This document shows, one piece after another, positions 9,488 to 23,444 of a stretch of DNA of 64,000 nucleotides; position 1 is the first letter of the stretch; each line of letters opens with the position of its first letter. The translations under genes were made by a program, and so were the position numbers. Source of the DNA: Octopus bimaculoides (Eukaryota); assembly GCF_001194135.2 (NCBI RefSeq), contig NC_069009.1:8708392-8772391 (forward strand), in the 5' to 3' direction. Under the pieces are notes generated by a model, which did not search any database, was not told where the DNA came from, and saw only the letters and a program-made list of their open reading frames with translations.

Positions 9488-12400
9488 ATTATCTCATAGC
9501 TTTGAAATTTCCACAATGTGATTGTTTAATTTTAGAATGACATTGTAGGGTAGGTGTGAGAGGTCAGAACCAGTCGGCTTGAACATAAAACAGATAGAAT
9601 ATTTGGGCTGGACATGGCCAGTTTAAATGCGACAAAGTTACACAGGAAGGACTGTGAGGCAGAAAAAGGTGTGAGTCACACCACTTAATAATCCGTACAC
9701 TCCAAGGCCTTCCTGTAAAGGGAGAGCTGACAGACAAGGAGGGGGAGGGGATAATGCAGAAGATAAAAAAGTTTTTTCCCTTCCTCAAAAGCCTCCCCAG
9801 ACTCAGCATAAGGATTTAAGGGGTCAGGGGACAGGGAGAAAACTGATTCCCTGCTTACCACTAATGTACCTTCTTGTTCAAACCCTCCCTACACAAATTT
9901 GATACAAGGGAATTAAGGAGGTATGGGGAATGGTGGAGTAAAATAGGGTCTGACTTCCTCACTTGCACCTCAATTATACATCCTTGAGAATTTCCATACA
10001 GTTGCCAGAAGAAACTCTCAATTCATCATCCAATTAGGACCCAACCATTTTAGGAACAAACACATCAGATGATGTGGTCCCAGAAAACAAATGGAAATGT
10101 CATGATTGGAATGTGTTTGAGCTGCTGGGTCAGGACTGACATGGCACTGAACACCACCACCACCACCCTCACTGCCACCACCACCACCACCACCCTCACT
10201 GCCACCACCACCACCACCACCACCATCCTATATACAAAGGATTTAAGGATGAGTAAAAAGTTTGATTCCCCAACCAACCTCCTGCACCCTTAACATGCAC
10301 CCACCAGATCGTCCTTTATATAGGGAGCTGATAGATGAATTGGTAGGTGCTTAAGAAAAGAAGGGAATTTCTCACTTCTCATCAGACTTCTGATCCTTCT
10401 TTCTTAGAACTGATGGGGCTGTGATGTGAATGCTCCTCCCTCACACTCTTCAATGTGACTTAGAGAAGAAGAAGAAGAAGAAGAAACAGCCCCAGTACTT
10501 CACTGATATTTTATTTATTGACTATAAAGGGATGAAAGACAGAGTCAACCTCAGAGCACAAAGAGCTGGAACATACACCACAAAAAGCATGTTGTCTGAT
10601 GCTCTACCAATTTGTTCAGTTTACAGTTCTAGATTGCTACTTTATTTAGTGGTCTGAAAAGATGAAAGCCAAAGTCAACATCAATGAGATTTGAACTCTG
10701 AGCACTGCTGAATGAATGTAAATTAAGCAGGGGAATATTTACAAAGAAACGTACTGTAATAGGATGAAGAGAAGTAGAGCAGAGGGTACAGCACTAGACT
10801 GAGTTCCTAATTTTGATCCTCACATTCTGAGATCAACTTTGTGGATGCGGTTGTTATTGGACTAAGTTCACTTCACAAGTACATGACTTCAGGTGTTGAA
10901 CCCCATTGAGCATCAAGTTGAGAAAGTGTCATCTTTTACTGTAAACCTTAGGGTAACTTAAACCTTGTGAATGAAGTCTGGAAGATGGAAATAAGCTTGA
11001 AAGCAGAATGCCAGGATAGCATTCCTCTTTCCAAGTGGTAGAATTTCTTCTTGTCCCTCTTAAATACTTCTTATACCTTGGCTGAATTTTTAGGTGTCCT
11101 GTCTGTTACAACAATGCATTCAGTGGAATCGAATTATTGACACTGAGAGATACCAATAATTATGGTGGTGGGTGAAGGCAGTGAGCTAGCAGAATGGTTA
11201 GCATGCCAGTCAAAATGCATTTCATCCGTCTTTATGTTCTGAGTTCAAATTCTGCCAAGGTCAACTTTACCTTTCATGCTTTGGGAGTCAATAAAATAAG
11301 TATGGTGGTAGTAGCAGCAGTAGCAACTTCTCCTTCTTCATGATCATCATCATCATCATCATCCTTCATTTTTGGAGATGGTTTGACTCTACGTCACAGA
11401 CATAGGCAGCGTTTCTTAAAGGGAGCATTAGTCACAGCTGTGAGGTCATTACTGATTGATGCTACTGGCATCCCGTCAATTGTGTGCTTGAGATATTCAA
11501 AATAATAAATAAATGATTTATTCTCGTATTTATAAATTGTGTTCTTTATTTACAGGTTTTACATTTTTTGTCAAAATTTTATAAAATAAATAGGTGCAGG
11601 CATGGCTGTGTGGTAAGAAGCTTGCTTCCCAACCACATGGTTCCAGGATCAGTCCCCTTGCATGGCACCTATGGCAAGTGTCTTCTACTATAGCCTCAAG
11701 CCGACCAAAGCCTTGTGAGTGGATTTGGCAGACGGAAACTGAAAGAAGCCCATCGTATGTGTGTGTATCTTTGTGTCTGTGTTTGTTCCCCCCCATCACC
11801 ACTTGACAACTGGTATTGGTGTGTTTATGTACCCATAACTTAGCGGTTCACCAAAGAGACTGATAGATTAAGTACATGCTTTAACAAATAAGTCCTGGTG
11901 TCGATTTGTTTAACTAAAAGGTGGTGCTCCAGCATGGACACAGTCAAATGACTGAAACAAGTAAAAGAATAAAAGAATATATACTTATGAGGATGTAGAA
12001 AGTCAGTTTGCCTGGGATACTCGTGAGCCTAGGGACACTCGTGAGCCTAGGGACATTCCAGGCACAGGCCTTGGAGAATTGCGACTGCTCTGATCTTTAC
12101 TACACCTTCCATATGCCCTCACTCGGGTAACAAGCAGGATTTCGTTGTTACTATGATACCCAAACTGTTGCAACAAAAGTTATTGTTCCTCATACCTCTT
12201 CCTACAATCATCACCCATTCTCTTCTATTCTCCTTCAGTTACAAGGGCCATGGTAGGCCCTTGAGTTTGCAAGTTAGAAGATGATGTTCACAAGTGCTTG
12301 TATAAACAAGAAAAGCATCCAATACACAGTAAAGTGGTTGGCATAAGGAAGGGCATCCAACTGTAGAATCCATGCCAAAGCAGACAATTGGAACCCAGTG

Positions 12401-12699
12401 CAGTCCTCTGACTCATCAGATTCTCTCAATCCATCCATGCCAGCAAGAAGACCAGGCATTAAATAATGATGAGGCAGAGGATGATGTATGTAAATGTATG
12501 TATGTATCATCCTCATCTGTCTTCCATGTTGGCATAGTTTAAACGGTTTGACAGGCCTGCATCATGCCTCAGTGTCCACTTTGGCATGGTTTCTAAAGTT
12601 TGATGCCCTTCTAAACACCATCTAATACAATTATTATTCAACATATTCTTCCCAGCTTTTTTCTGTTTTTAAAAAAAAAATTTTTTTATTCAGGGTGGT

Positions 12700-13020
12700 A
12701 GTGTATATTAGAAGGTGCATGGCCCAGTTATTAGAGAGTCAGGCCCACAATCATGAGGTAATAAGTTCAATTCCCAGGCCGAGCTGTGTGTTATATATAT
12801 GGCACTTTATTTCACATTGCTCCAGTTCACTCAGCAGTAGAAATGAGTTGCAACGTCACTGGTGCCAGGCTGTATCGGCCCCTTTGCCTTTCCCTTGGAT
12901 AACATCAATGGCATGGAGTAAGTATGCAGGGTTGACTGCTGGTCTTCCATGAACAACTTGTGCTTTGCAGGGTAACTTTCAAGGTGCAATCCCATGGTCA
13001 TTCATGACTGAAGGGTCCTT
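12700..13020 (+). mobile_element. tRNA/CORE-type SINE of a second family; inverse copy at ~17820-18170
   Basis: Head tggcccagttattagag...aagttcaattccc, body cactttatttcacattgctccagttcactcagc...aaatgagttg. The reverse-complement body lies at 18005-18145; related copies at 6868-7100 and 46840-46930. Confidence 0.7.
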
Positions 13021-13353
13021 TATCCTTTACCCTATGTACATATAATGGCATGGAGAGGGGAGGCTGATATGTATGGGCAACTGCTGGACTTCCATAAACA
13101 ACCTTGTGCTTTGGAGGGTAAATTTCTAGGTGCAATCTCATGGTCATCCATGACCGAAGGGGGTTTTTACCCTTTATTAGTGTATAATTTATGGAAGATT
13201 TGGCTGTTATTTCTTACTATTGGTTCTCATATAGCCCCTGAAGATCCATATAAAATTTTTGGGGTCCACACAACAAAATCGTAAGTTGGGCATTCTCAAT
13301 AGTATTTTAAGGGCCCCTGAAAAAATTTTGCTTCAGATGTATGTATTGGCATA

Positions 13354-13580
13354 CAGGGTTGGCCAAAAGTCATCCGATAGTAAATAAAAATCCCATAGAT
13401 ACTATCTGTAATTCTGTGTTGACTTGAATGGAAGAACATGTCGCTCAAGGAGGAATTCAGTTTGGACGATTTTCAAGATGTTTCATATTGAGATGCTTTT
13501 ATTAAATTCATTCAGTTGTTAAACATAAATAAATCTCGGAATTAAATGGTTTTGATTTACTGTTGGGTGATTTTTGGCCA
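13354..13580. mobile_element. Tc1/mariner-type MITE
   Basis: Left ta|cagggttggccaaaagtcatccgatagtaaa; right tttactgttgggtgatttttggcca is its inverted counterpart. Confidence 0.65.
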
Positions 13581-15139
13581 GAAACAGCTAAATTTCTTTC
13601 TCTGATGTTTTATGTAATTCAACCCACACAAGTTAATATGTGAAAAAACAAAACAGAAATGTCCATAAAACTAGTTTTAAACATCAAATGGCTAGTTGGG
13701 GTGGAAGGAGGCACCAGAATAAAATAGTAATCAAAGGGGTCCATAGATATTTTTTTAAAATGGCTGAGAACCCCTAAAGAGTTTCCTTGTTTCAGTTTTT
13801 TTTTATTTCTAAATTTTGAAATTATATTCCTAAAAAGACAAATAAATTATCTTTTCATTATTTTCTGAATTTTTTTCAGTCATTGGACTTTGTCCATGCT
13901 GATGTGCTATGCTTGAAGTCCTCTATTTATCACCTCATACACTCCAATCTTTATTTCAGTTCATCTTAATAATACTAAAACTCTAGGGATGTTTGTGTGT
14001 ACCTGAAATATCTCAGAAACAGTATATTTTATCTTAATGTTTTTTGCATATTTATTTTCATACTTACCTTCAACATTGCAGTACAAATTTTTGTGACATT
14101 TGGACCTCTATTTATTAACGAAAACAAGTAAACACAATTTTTGTGTTTACTTGTGACATCAACACACATACACACATACAGAATATGCACACATATAATG
14201 AATGTCATGGCATGTCAATCAACACAAGCATACATCCACTATCTGTGACATATACACACACATAGTCCTTGCTTCTCTAAGGAAAGGAAAACGTTGACTT
14301 TTTGACACACACAGTATTTTAATTATTTAGAAATATTTTTCAGTGAATGTGATTTCGAAAATGTAAGTCGTTTTGTATTGTAGGTATTTATATTTTAGCT
14401 TTCTTTAAACAGACAATATTTTAATATTTTTTAATTATTTTCAAGTCATTAATTTCCATAAAATTACTTTTGTTTTAAAGTGAAAGAGAGGAGAAAGTGA
14501 AAGATGTATGTACATGTATATGAAATGGATGTGTGTGTGTGAAAGAGAGAGAGTGAGTGAAGGGGTGTGTTGTTGTATACGTACATACATCTTTTTTTGT
14601 ATGTATGTGTGTATGTATGTGAGAGAGAGAGAGTGAGTGAGTGAACGTGTGTGTTCTCATGTATGTGTAAGTGGCACTCTCTCTCTCACACACACATGTC
14701 TATTTTGTATACATGTTCATACATCTTTCACTTTAAAACAAAAGTAAATAAATAACAAATTTTTACAGAAATTAATGAACAGAACCAGCTGATCTGATGA
14801 CAGTTCTGTGAGTCAAAGTGAAAGATTGTCCCAAGGGAATACCATTACAAAAATGTTTTCAAGTGCAGTCAACGTATCTCAGCTCCAAAGATTTGGATGC
14901 TATTTCTAGCACGCCCTGCTACCACATAACAGCTATTTATGATAAAGGACCTGAAATACCTGTTATGTGGTGGCAGGGTGTGTGAGAAATAGCAGCTAAA
15001 TCTTTACTCTTTTGGGGAAAGGACCCGTTTATGTGTGTGATTTCAATGTCACATACATTGAAAGTATGCGAAATAACTTGGAAAAGAAAAAATAAATCCA
15101 TGAAACAAAATTCCATTGCGGGGAAACTCAGACTTTCCA

Positions 15140-17300
15140 GGTGACCCAACAGGTCATGGGTGGTCTGGTAACAGATAAATCTTTCTTAAATCACAATCTG
15201 CAGTCTTAAAATTCATGCAGGACCCAACCATAATGAAGTCTTTGACATACAGAAAGTTGTAGTGGTTTAATCCTATGTTTGCTGGACCAAAGATAGCCTC
15301 AGTATAAACAGCAACAGGAATCAACAAATGACCATTTGTATGTCCAAATATGCTGTTCTTCACTGGTTTTGATGAAGAACCAGTGAAAAGTCACTGGTTA
15401 TGTTGTTAGCTGATTGTCTTAATGAGTGTATCTGTTGGTGCATGGCCCTGTTTCCTTGAATCTGGTTATGTTGTTAGCTGGTTGTCTTAATGAGTGTATC
15501 TGTTGGTGCATGGCCCTGTTGCCTTGAATCTGGTTATGTTGTTAGCTGGTTGTCTTAATGAGTGTATCTGTTGGTGCATGGCCCTGTTGCCTTGAATCTG
15601 GTTATGTTGTTAGCTGGTTGTCTTAATGAGTGTATCTGTTGGTGCATGGCCCTGTTGCCTTGAATCTGGTTATGTTGTTAGCTGGTTGTCTTAATGAGTG
15701 TATCTGTTGGTGCAAGCATGGCCCTGTTGCCTTGAATCTTTCATCAAGTCTGTTCTGGAAGTCCTGATGGTATTTGGTAGGCTGGGGGCCTTTCTGTGTT
15801 GAAGGCCTGCTTGATGAGCTTAGGGTGGTGAGGGACTATGTGAATGTTGAGTTTGGCTCAAACAAGGTAGTGCTCTGTCCAGCATCTGCACTGTGCATTG
15901 ACCTGGTGGTGAGGACATCACTGCTGTCTCACTGATGGGTATTGATGTAGTCTATGAGATGCCACTGTTTGAATTGGAGGTACATCCATGTGTTCTTGTC
16001 TGAAGACTGTATTTGTGATAAGCAGTTCATGTTCTGCATACTCGCTCAGTAGGAGAAGTGCATTGCTGTTCATCTTGCCTGCACCGTGTTCCCTGATCCC
16101 TCCCTTCCACTCGCTGCTATCACTGCCGACCTCTGGTGCCCCCAGCAGGGTAAGCTTGTCAGTGGCAGACGTGGTTTGTAGTAGAGTGTCTAGGTTGGTG
16201 TAGAACTGCACCTTGACTTCCTCCATGGATGTCATAGTGGGGGCATGGGTGCTGATGACAGTGATAAACCACCTGTTGCTGATGGGGAGGCAGATCGTCA
16301 TCAACCTTTCATTGACATCAGTCAGGAGACTGGGAATCTGCTTGAGGAGTTTGATCTTGATGACAAGTCCAATCCTGTGGATGCAGTTTTCGTTCTGGGC
16401 CCTTCCTTTCTGAAAAAGATGTACCCATCAGATTTGGTCACTGATTCCGCTTTGGCCAGTCTGGTTTTACTCAAAGCAGTGATGTCAGTGTTGTACCTCA
16501 GCAATTCGTTGGCTGCAAGGGCTGTCCTTCTCTGAGGTCTTGAGACATTGTCACAGTCTAGAAGGGTAAGCCTCATTCCATGTCCTGATGATAAGTTTCT
16601 TCTTTTTCAGTTGGAATCAACTGCAAGTGGGTAAGTCTGCCGGCTGCAGTGAACTGGTCAGGTGGTTTATGTCAAGCTTTATTTAGTCCACTTTCTCTAG
16701 GCCCCTCCCTTACTTGGGTGAGCAGTACATTCCTAAAAAGGCTGCTCAGTTGCCTGAGATGCTGACAAAGTGTTCTGCTTCCCTGACCTCGATGAACAAT
16801 GACCAAAATCCCAGGCCACTCCAAGCAGGTTTGCAACTATGACTTCCAGTGGCTACCCCTGCCACTTTCACCATACCCCCGTCCCCACAGGACTTCAGTG
16901 GGAAGTTAGGGCTGGGATACACAGACACCTGTGCAAGAGGAAGAGTCATTACATGTGGACAAACCCAGCCCCTCAGCAGAAGAGACTCAGATCCAGTGGC
17001 ATGGAGAACTGTTAAGTCTGGAGACCTCCCTGCTGCAGTGGATGACCAGAACATCTTGCTCTGCTTTAAGTGCTCCACAATGCCTGCTGGAATCGCCTTC
17101 TTAGCCATTGGACCACTTTTGGCCTTGTCTGCCCAGTCGACTGGAACCAGTCTTCACATGCTAAGGTTAGGCAAACCCTGATTTACTCACTGAAGGTTTT
17201 AGACCTGTCAGCTAACCTCACCTAGTTTAGCCGGCCCAGGGTGTGGTTGCTGTTGCATGCAAACAGTTACGAGGAGCTGTAGGTGAAAGCTAGCAGTCAA
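15140..17300 (-). mobile_element. RTE-clade LINE 5' portion (AP endonuclease), decayed
   Basis: RPQRRTALAANELLRYNTDITALSKTRL; VISTHAPTMTSMEEVKVQFYTNL; GAGKMNSNALLLL...ELLITNTVF. Confidence 0.85.
15394..15738. repeat. 68-bp tandem repeat, 5 near-identical copies, inside the RTE fragment
   Basis: Unit tctggttatgttgttagctggttgtcttaatgagtgtatctgttggtgcatggccctgttgccttgaa starts at ~15393, 15461, 15529, 15597 and 15665. Confidence 0.95.
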
Positions 17301-18293
17301 GTGGGGACCAAGCCTAAAAGTGTGCGACAATCCCCTTATCAGGGAAATAAGATACCCCTATTAGAAAATAAAAATGAAAATATAAATATATAAAGAAGTT
17401 TAGAAATATACAATATACATGATGATGATGATGATGACATATATATTCCACACACACACACACTCATCCTGTAGGTAAACAGGATGTGAACTACAATTTG
17501 TTTCTCCTCATTTGCCAAGTCACTTTATGAATCTTTCTCTTAAAAATAAATTTTAACCTTCTATCCAATCATTTCAATTTCCTCCTCCAATCCACCCCCA
17601 GCTTCATTTATACAAAATCCCATTGATTCACATTTTCCGATTGTATCATTTCCTTCTTATTTTCATTGCTAGAATATTCATGAATATATATTTTGTTGTG
17701 TGGACTCCCCAAAAATCTTATATGAACCCTAGTTGAGAACACTGCTCTACATGGTGCTTGTTCTGCAAGAAATAACAGCCAAATCTTCCATAAATTGTCT
17801 ACTAATAAAGGGTAAAGACCCCCTCCAGTCATGAATGACTATGGGATTGCACCTAGAAGTTACCCTCTGAGGCACAAGTCTGGACAAGGTTGTTTATGGA
17901 AGACCAGCAGTTGCCCCTTGCATACCAGCCTCCCTTCTCTCCATGCTACCCATGTTATCCAAGGGGAAAGGCATGGGCCGATACAGCTTGGCACCAGTGA
18001 TGTCACAACTCATTTCTACAGCTGAGGGAACTGGAGCAATGTGAAATAAAGTGTCTTGCTGAAGAACACAACAGACAGGTTAGCCTGGGAATTGAACTCA
18101 CTACCTCATGATTATGAACCCGGCTCTCTATTCTCTGAGCCATGCACCTTCTAATATATACTACCACCTTGAATAAAAAATTAAAAAAACAGAAAAAAAA
18201 AAGCTGGGAAGAATATGTTGAAGTCACTTCACCACAGATTTACATTGTCCCAACATCTGCCGAACCAATGAATATTAGTATTATTGGTTGTAG

Positions 18294-18336
<43 letters not shown>

Positions 18337-18899
18337 CAATGAAGTTTACTTAAACTGCTGTTTGGGTAAACAGATTCTTAAAATTGTAGGTATTGAGGAG
18401 CGTATTTAAGCAAAGACTAAATGAGCAGCACACTAAAACTGGTTCTTGCGGGCAACCAGGATGTGATATGTCACTTTGCATGTCTCTCTTTGTCTTGTTG
18501 ATAAAATGTAATTTGTTTATCCAATCGTTTCAATTTCCCCCTCAGATCCCACCAGCTTCATTAAAAAAAAATCCCAATGATTCTGATATCTGCAATTACA
18601 TATTCTTTTATTTGTTTCAGTCATTTGACTGTGGCCATGCTGGAGCACCACCTTCATGAGTTTTAGTCAAACAAATCGACCACAGGACCTATATTTTGAA
18701 GGGCCTTAAGATTAACTCAGCAAATAATAAGGTCCTAGTAAGCAAGAAAACAGACAGAATTGTACTCCCATCAGGTATCCCTGCTCATTATGTGTGAAAT
18801 GTGTAGGCAGGAATTTCCATATGGTGTACCCAATGTAAGCCATAGACATACAAGAGGTGCAGTGGAATAATGGGAATGTTATCAGAAAGTAGTATGTGT

Positions 18900-19390
18900 A
18901 GGTAGAAGATGCACAGGAACCTTGAACTGATTTTGTCAAATGCTCTGGAGGCTCTTTAGAGGTAAAGGAAGACTGTATGATGCATGTGTAGAAACAGCAA
19001 TGCTAAATGGTAGTGAGCCATGGGCCCTGAATGCAGAGGATGCATGAAGACTAGAGAGGAATGAAGCTAGTATGCTGTACTGGATGTGCAATGTCAGTGT
19101 ACATGTGTGACAGAATGTATTGAGAGAGAAGTTGAGCATTAAGAGGAATTAGATGCAGAGTGCAAGAGAGAAGACTGTGTTGGTTTGGTTGTGAGATGCA
19201 TATGAATGTGCCAAGTTGCAAAAAGAAGTGCCAATCACTTAAAGGGATGGATGCTGTGGAAGAGGGAGACCCAAGAAGACGTGGAATGACGCACTGAAAG
19301 CTGATCTCAGGACACTGATCTTTATGAAGGAGATGATTAAGAACTGAGATATCTGGCATCTTGCTGTACTCAAGAAGACCCATCCACATA
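18900..19390 (+). mobile_element. RTE LINE 3' fragment
   Basis: Homologous to 41280-41650 (gcaatgctaaatggtagtgagccatggg...ggaatgaagctagtatgctg.actggatgtgcaatgtcagtgt...gggagacccaagaagacgtgg). Confidence 0.75.
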
Positions 19391-22300
19391 CATACTGCAA
19401 CCCCTGCCCTGAGCCTCTCCTATATTCTACTCAGATCATTTATCTCAGGCATCTCTATTCTACCCACCCACCCAGGGCCATCCTTAGGAGATGTGGGTCC
19501 CAATTGGGTGAGGTAAGGGAAGAATGTCTGAGGGTCCACTCTACCCCACCCACTCCGATTTTTGTGGAATAAAAAATCATCTGCAGCATATTAGGAGATG
19601 AGATTAGTTGATAGCACAAGAAAAAAAAAACTAAGATAAAACATTATTTCCCAAGTTCCCGAAATCGAGTTTAACAAATTATAAATTTACCACATCTTAA
19701 CTACGCTTTTTAAAAATATTCTGGGAAAAATTGGAAAGAAATTTAACAAAATCCCAAAGAAATTTCTATCTTTTGCATGATGGTACGCTAAAAGAGATAT
19801 ACATAAAATGCAAATTAGTAATTAGAATTTTTCGGAAGCTGGTTATATACTTACCTTTTGTTTTTTTCTATAACCTCTGTTGCAGAAAATACAATCCTGT
19901 CTGTGTAACAAGAAGCCTGTTTCTTAGCTATATGGTTTTGGATTTAGCACCATTGTGTGACACCAAGTGTCTCCTACTATAGCCCTGTGTGTGTGTAACG
20001 GGAGTGGTGAGGTAAATAAAGGGAGGTGGAAGGAGGTTAACAATGGAGGTAGAGAGGGGAGGTGGATAAAGAGCGTTAATATTGGTGGTAGGGTTCAGCT
20101 GGGGGTGGAGGAGGCATTGGCGGTAGGCTGGTTATTTATGGGAGTTGTGGGGTTAATAAAAGGATGAGCAGGACTAATACCGGCCAAATCTGATGGTGGA
20201 AGGGGTTGGGGAGAAATAGGGGGATACGAGTTAGCCTCCCTAGAATGTGGTGGAGGAGGTGGGAGCAAGAGGACGAAGGCTGGTACGGTGTGATGGAATC
20301 GTTTAACGATGCTGGTCTCCTGGTTTCTCGTTGCATGGCTCAAAACTTTTTAATTGATTCTACTTTGTTTTTCCTCCTCTTTAACAGCGTGCCAATGCAA
20401 AGTGCAGCCACACCATGGTGAAGCAGAAGTGTGATAATAGAAAAGTGAGGACATTAAAGCATTGAAGAGGAAAAATGAAACTGTCATTGCAGTTTTTGCA
20501 AAAGATGGCAGGCAGCAACGGAGAATAATTTTCATCGTCATTGTTAACATCAATATTATTATTATTAATTTAATTTAAGTAATTTAAATACTGTGTGATC
20601 AATGTTTGTTTAGTTTGTGAGTGACTTGTATAAACAGGGAGAGTGTATATGTGTAGAGATGGAAATGTGTATGTGATTTGTGCTTGTACTTATAGCACTC
20701 TTTAGTAAAACCAAGGGAGACCCTAGATCTTCGAACAAAAACCGGTGACCCTGACCAAGCCACCACAAAAACTGACGACCTCGAACACACTGTCGTTATA
20801 ACTATTCAAGCTTGACAGCCATCTTACACAATGACTGAATTCCGTGCGTATAGTGAAGATCAAATACGCCTTCGAACAATGAACCTTCTACACATCCTGA
20901 ATAAATACTGATGCACAATCATCTCAGCCATCTTTACATCTCAGCCATCTTTACATACTGTGCATAAAAGTTTTTTCTGTTGAAAAATTCAAATGCAGAG
21001 GTTTTTTTTATCACTGATTTTCCACTTTGAGTCATTTGGAGTGTGAGAAGTTTTCGACGTTCACCTATTACCAACGACCCTATTTTGGGCTTCCAAGAGT
21101 CCTCCGTAGACAGTTGAATTAAAGTATAATTCTGAGAAATAGTGGTCTATTTTGGTCAATAAAAATTAATTTGTGCAATGAATATTATTTTGTAGGTAAT
21201 TAAAGTGCAATGTGCATGCATGAGCGTATTTAGGATGCATAATGATTAGAAGGTAACAAGGGTGAGCAGAAATCAGGTGGACATTGACACACTTTATTGA
21301 AATAAAAAAGTTTCCCCAAAATTAAACATAAATAAAGCATACTTAAAAATAACTCACACACACAAACATATACACACATATATACATACAATTCACTATA
21401 CACTTAAACATACAAACTCTCACACAAATATTTTACCCAAACCTTCCCATAAACACTCCCAAACATTCACATACACTTGACCCTTACACTAAAACATACA
21501 AACAAGGCTGACCCAAGCGATTTTGGATGAATGGGCTTATCTTTTGGCATCTTGTGTCACTAAAGTGTAGAAAGCATGTTTGTTTTTTTAAAGAACATTT
21601 TTATATAGGTTTTTTTTTTTTTTTTAAACTTCAGAGAGATCACTTTCAGGAAATGTTGCAGTACAGGATGTGGGCACCTTGTGTTTGGGGCTCTCTTGAG
21701 TGCGAGGCCTGATTGAGAGCAACCAGTCCAATTGGCTTAAGGCCAATCTTGCACCCACCCACTTCAAAAGTGAGGAGACAGTCCAAACTTCTGTTTCACC
21801 TGACTTAGTCTCACCACCCCTAATGTCATTTGAGGACATGTTCCCACACAGCTTTGGGTAGTCATTGCTGGTGACTGTTTTATTTGGTTGCCCTTTACAA
21901 CATGCAGGGGAAACGCTGGGTTTATTCTTTGGCTCCCACACAGCACTAAAGCAATGTGAAATGAAGTGTTTTGCTCAAGAACACAACATGTCACCCAGTC
22001 TGGAAATTGTTTTTAATTATGAAAGGTACAAGAAAGTGGTGATGGCAGAGGGGAGGGAGTAAGAATTTTTTATTTGGTTTGTTTTAAATGATGTGAATTC
22101 CAAATGTTTCAGATTGTGGAATATAATAAAATGACTAAAGGTAATGAAAAAATGTAATTTTAGTCGGGAAATGAAACATTTTTTTTGAAAGGTGATGCTT
22201 GTTGTGAAAGTACAAAGGAGGAGGGAACTGAAGTTTAAAAAATTATATATTAATTTTTCTTTTATAAAAGGCTCCCCCACCCCACCCATCATTTTGAAGT

Positions 22301-22628
22301 GTATGAAGCAAAAAACATTTGAATAATCCCAGACTAAATGGAAGAAATCCAACTTATGCAGGTGACCTATTCCTAAGCTCTGCCCATATTTTTTTTTATA
22401 AGAAACAGTTTCTTTTTTATGATGATAGTGTAAAGACTTCAAGGAAGTGCTGAGCTCTAATTATGGTGGGTACCTGTGAAAGGGGTAGACCCAAGAAGAT
22501 GTGGAATGAAGTGGTGAGAAAGGATCTTCAGATGCTGGGCTTCACTAAGGAAGTGACAAGGGACCAGGAGATGTGGTAATTTGCTGTACTTGATAAGATA
22601 CGTCAAGATAACAAGAGTTCTATATTTA

Positions 22629-22740
22629 AGAAATTTCCCCAAGACACCTGATGAAGGCTGGAGGGTATATCAGCCGAAATGTTGTGTTAGCAACAAACAA
22701 GATGAGGACAAATATCTGTCAATTGTAAATAATGTAAAAT
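22629..22740 (+). mobile_element. Tail-only copy of the hammerhead element (motif 22643-22688)
   Basis: aagacacCTGATGAaggctggagggtatatcagccGAAATGTTgtgtt followed by the same caacaaacaagatgaggacaaatatc...tgtaaataatgta tail; no tRNA head. Confidence 0.8.
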
Positions 22741-23444
22741 AACTAGAATCGCTTTCTTCCACACATTCAAGCTTGTCCTTTCAGGTGCCAGTGTGTGTAG
22801 TAGTACAGAAAGGATGGAGAGCAGCAATATAACAAAACTGCATGAGGAACAAGGATGTGATGTGTGGGTTGGTAGAGTAGAAGAATAGAAAGACTAAGAG
22901 GGAGAGGAGGAGGAGAGAATTAAAATGAAACATAAATGTGTTGTGGTTTATAAGCATATTACTTGCAGGGCAGAAAGCATAAAAAACAGTATGAAATCAT
23001 CATCATCATTTAATAACTGTTGTCCATACTAGCATGGGTTGGATGGTGTGACCAGAACTGGCAAGTCAGGGAGATACACCAGACTCCAGTCTGATCTGAC
23101 TTGGTTTCTATGGCTGGATGCCCTTCCTAACACCAACCACTTTACAGAGTGTGGCGGGTGCTTTTACATGGACCCACATGGATGCTTTATTCACATTGTT
23201 TTGAATTAGTCATCTTGTAGCCTTGGGATCTCAATGATGTGATTGCTTATTTTTTAAAAAAATGACCTGGCCAATTTGAATATAAAACAGGTAAGATATT
23301 TAGGTCAGACATGGCACAATTGCTAATCACTTGGCATTCGGATCACTCTGTCAAATGTAATGCTTATTTATCTATGTTGTTTTGAAATGTGTAAACAAAA
23401 GAGTGACAAACTTGGAAGGAGTGTTCTGATTCTGTAATGCTAAT

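Noticed and set aside
15394-15738. Array of regular repeats as a possible CRISPR
   Set aside because: Units are contiguous with no unique spacers, no cas genes, eukaryotic context.
20776-20800. CTGACGA as another hammerhead core (also CTGATGA at ~14799 and ~16253)
   Set aside because: No stem II followed by GAAA and no stem I pairing.
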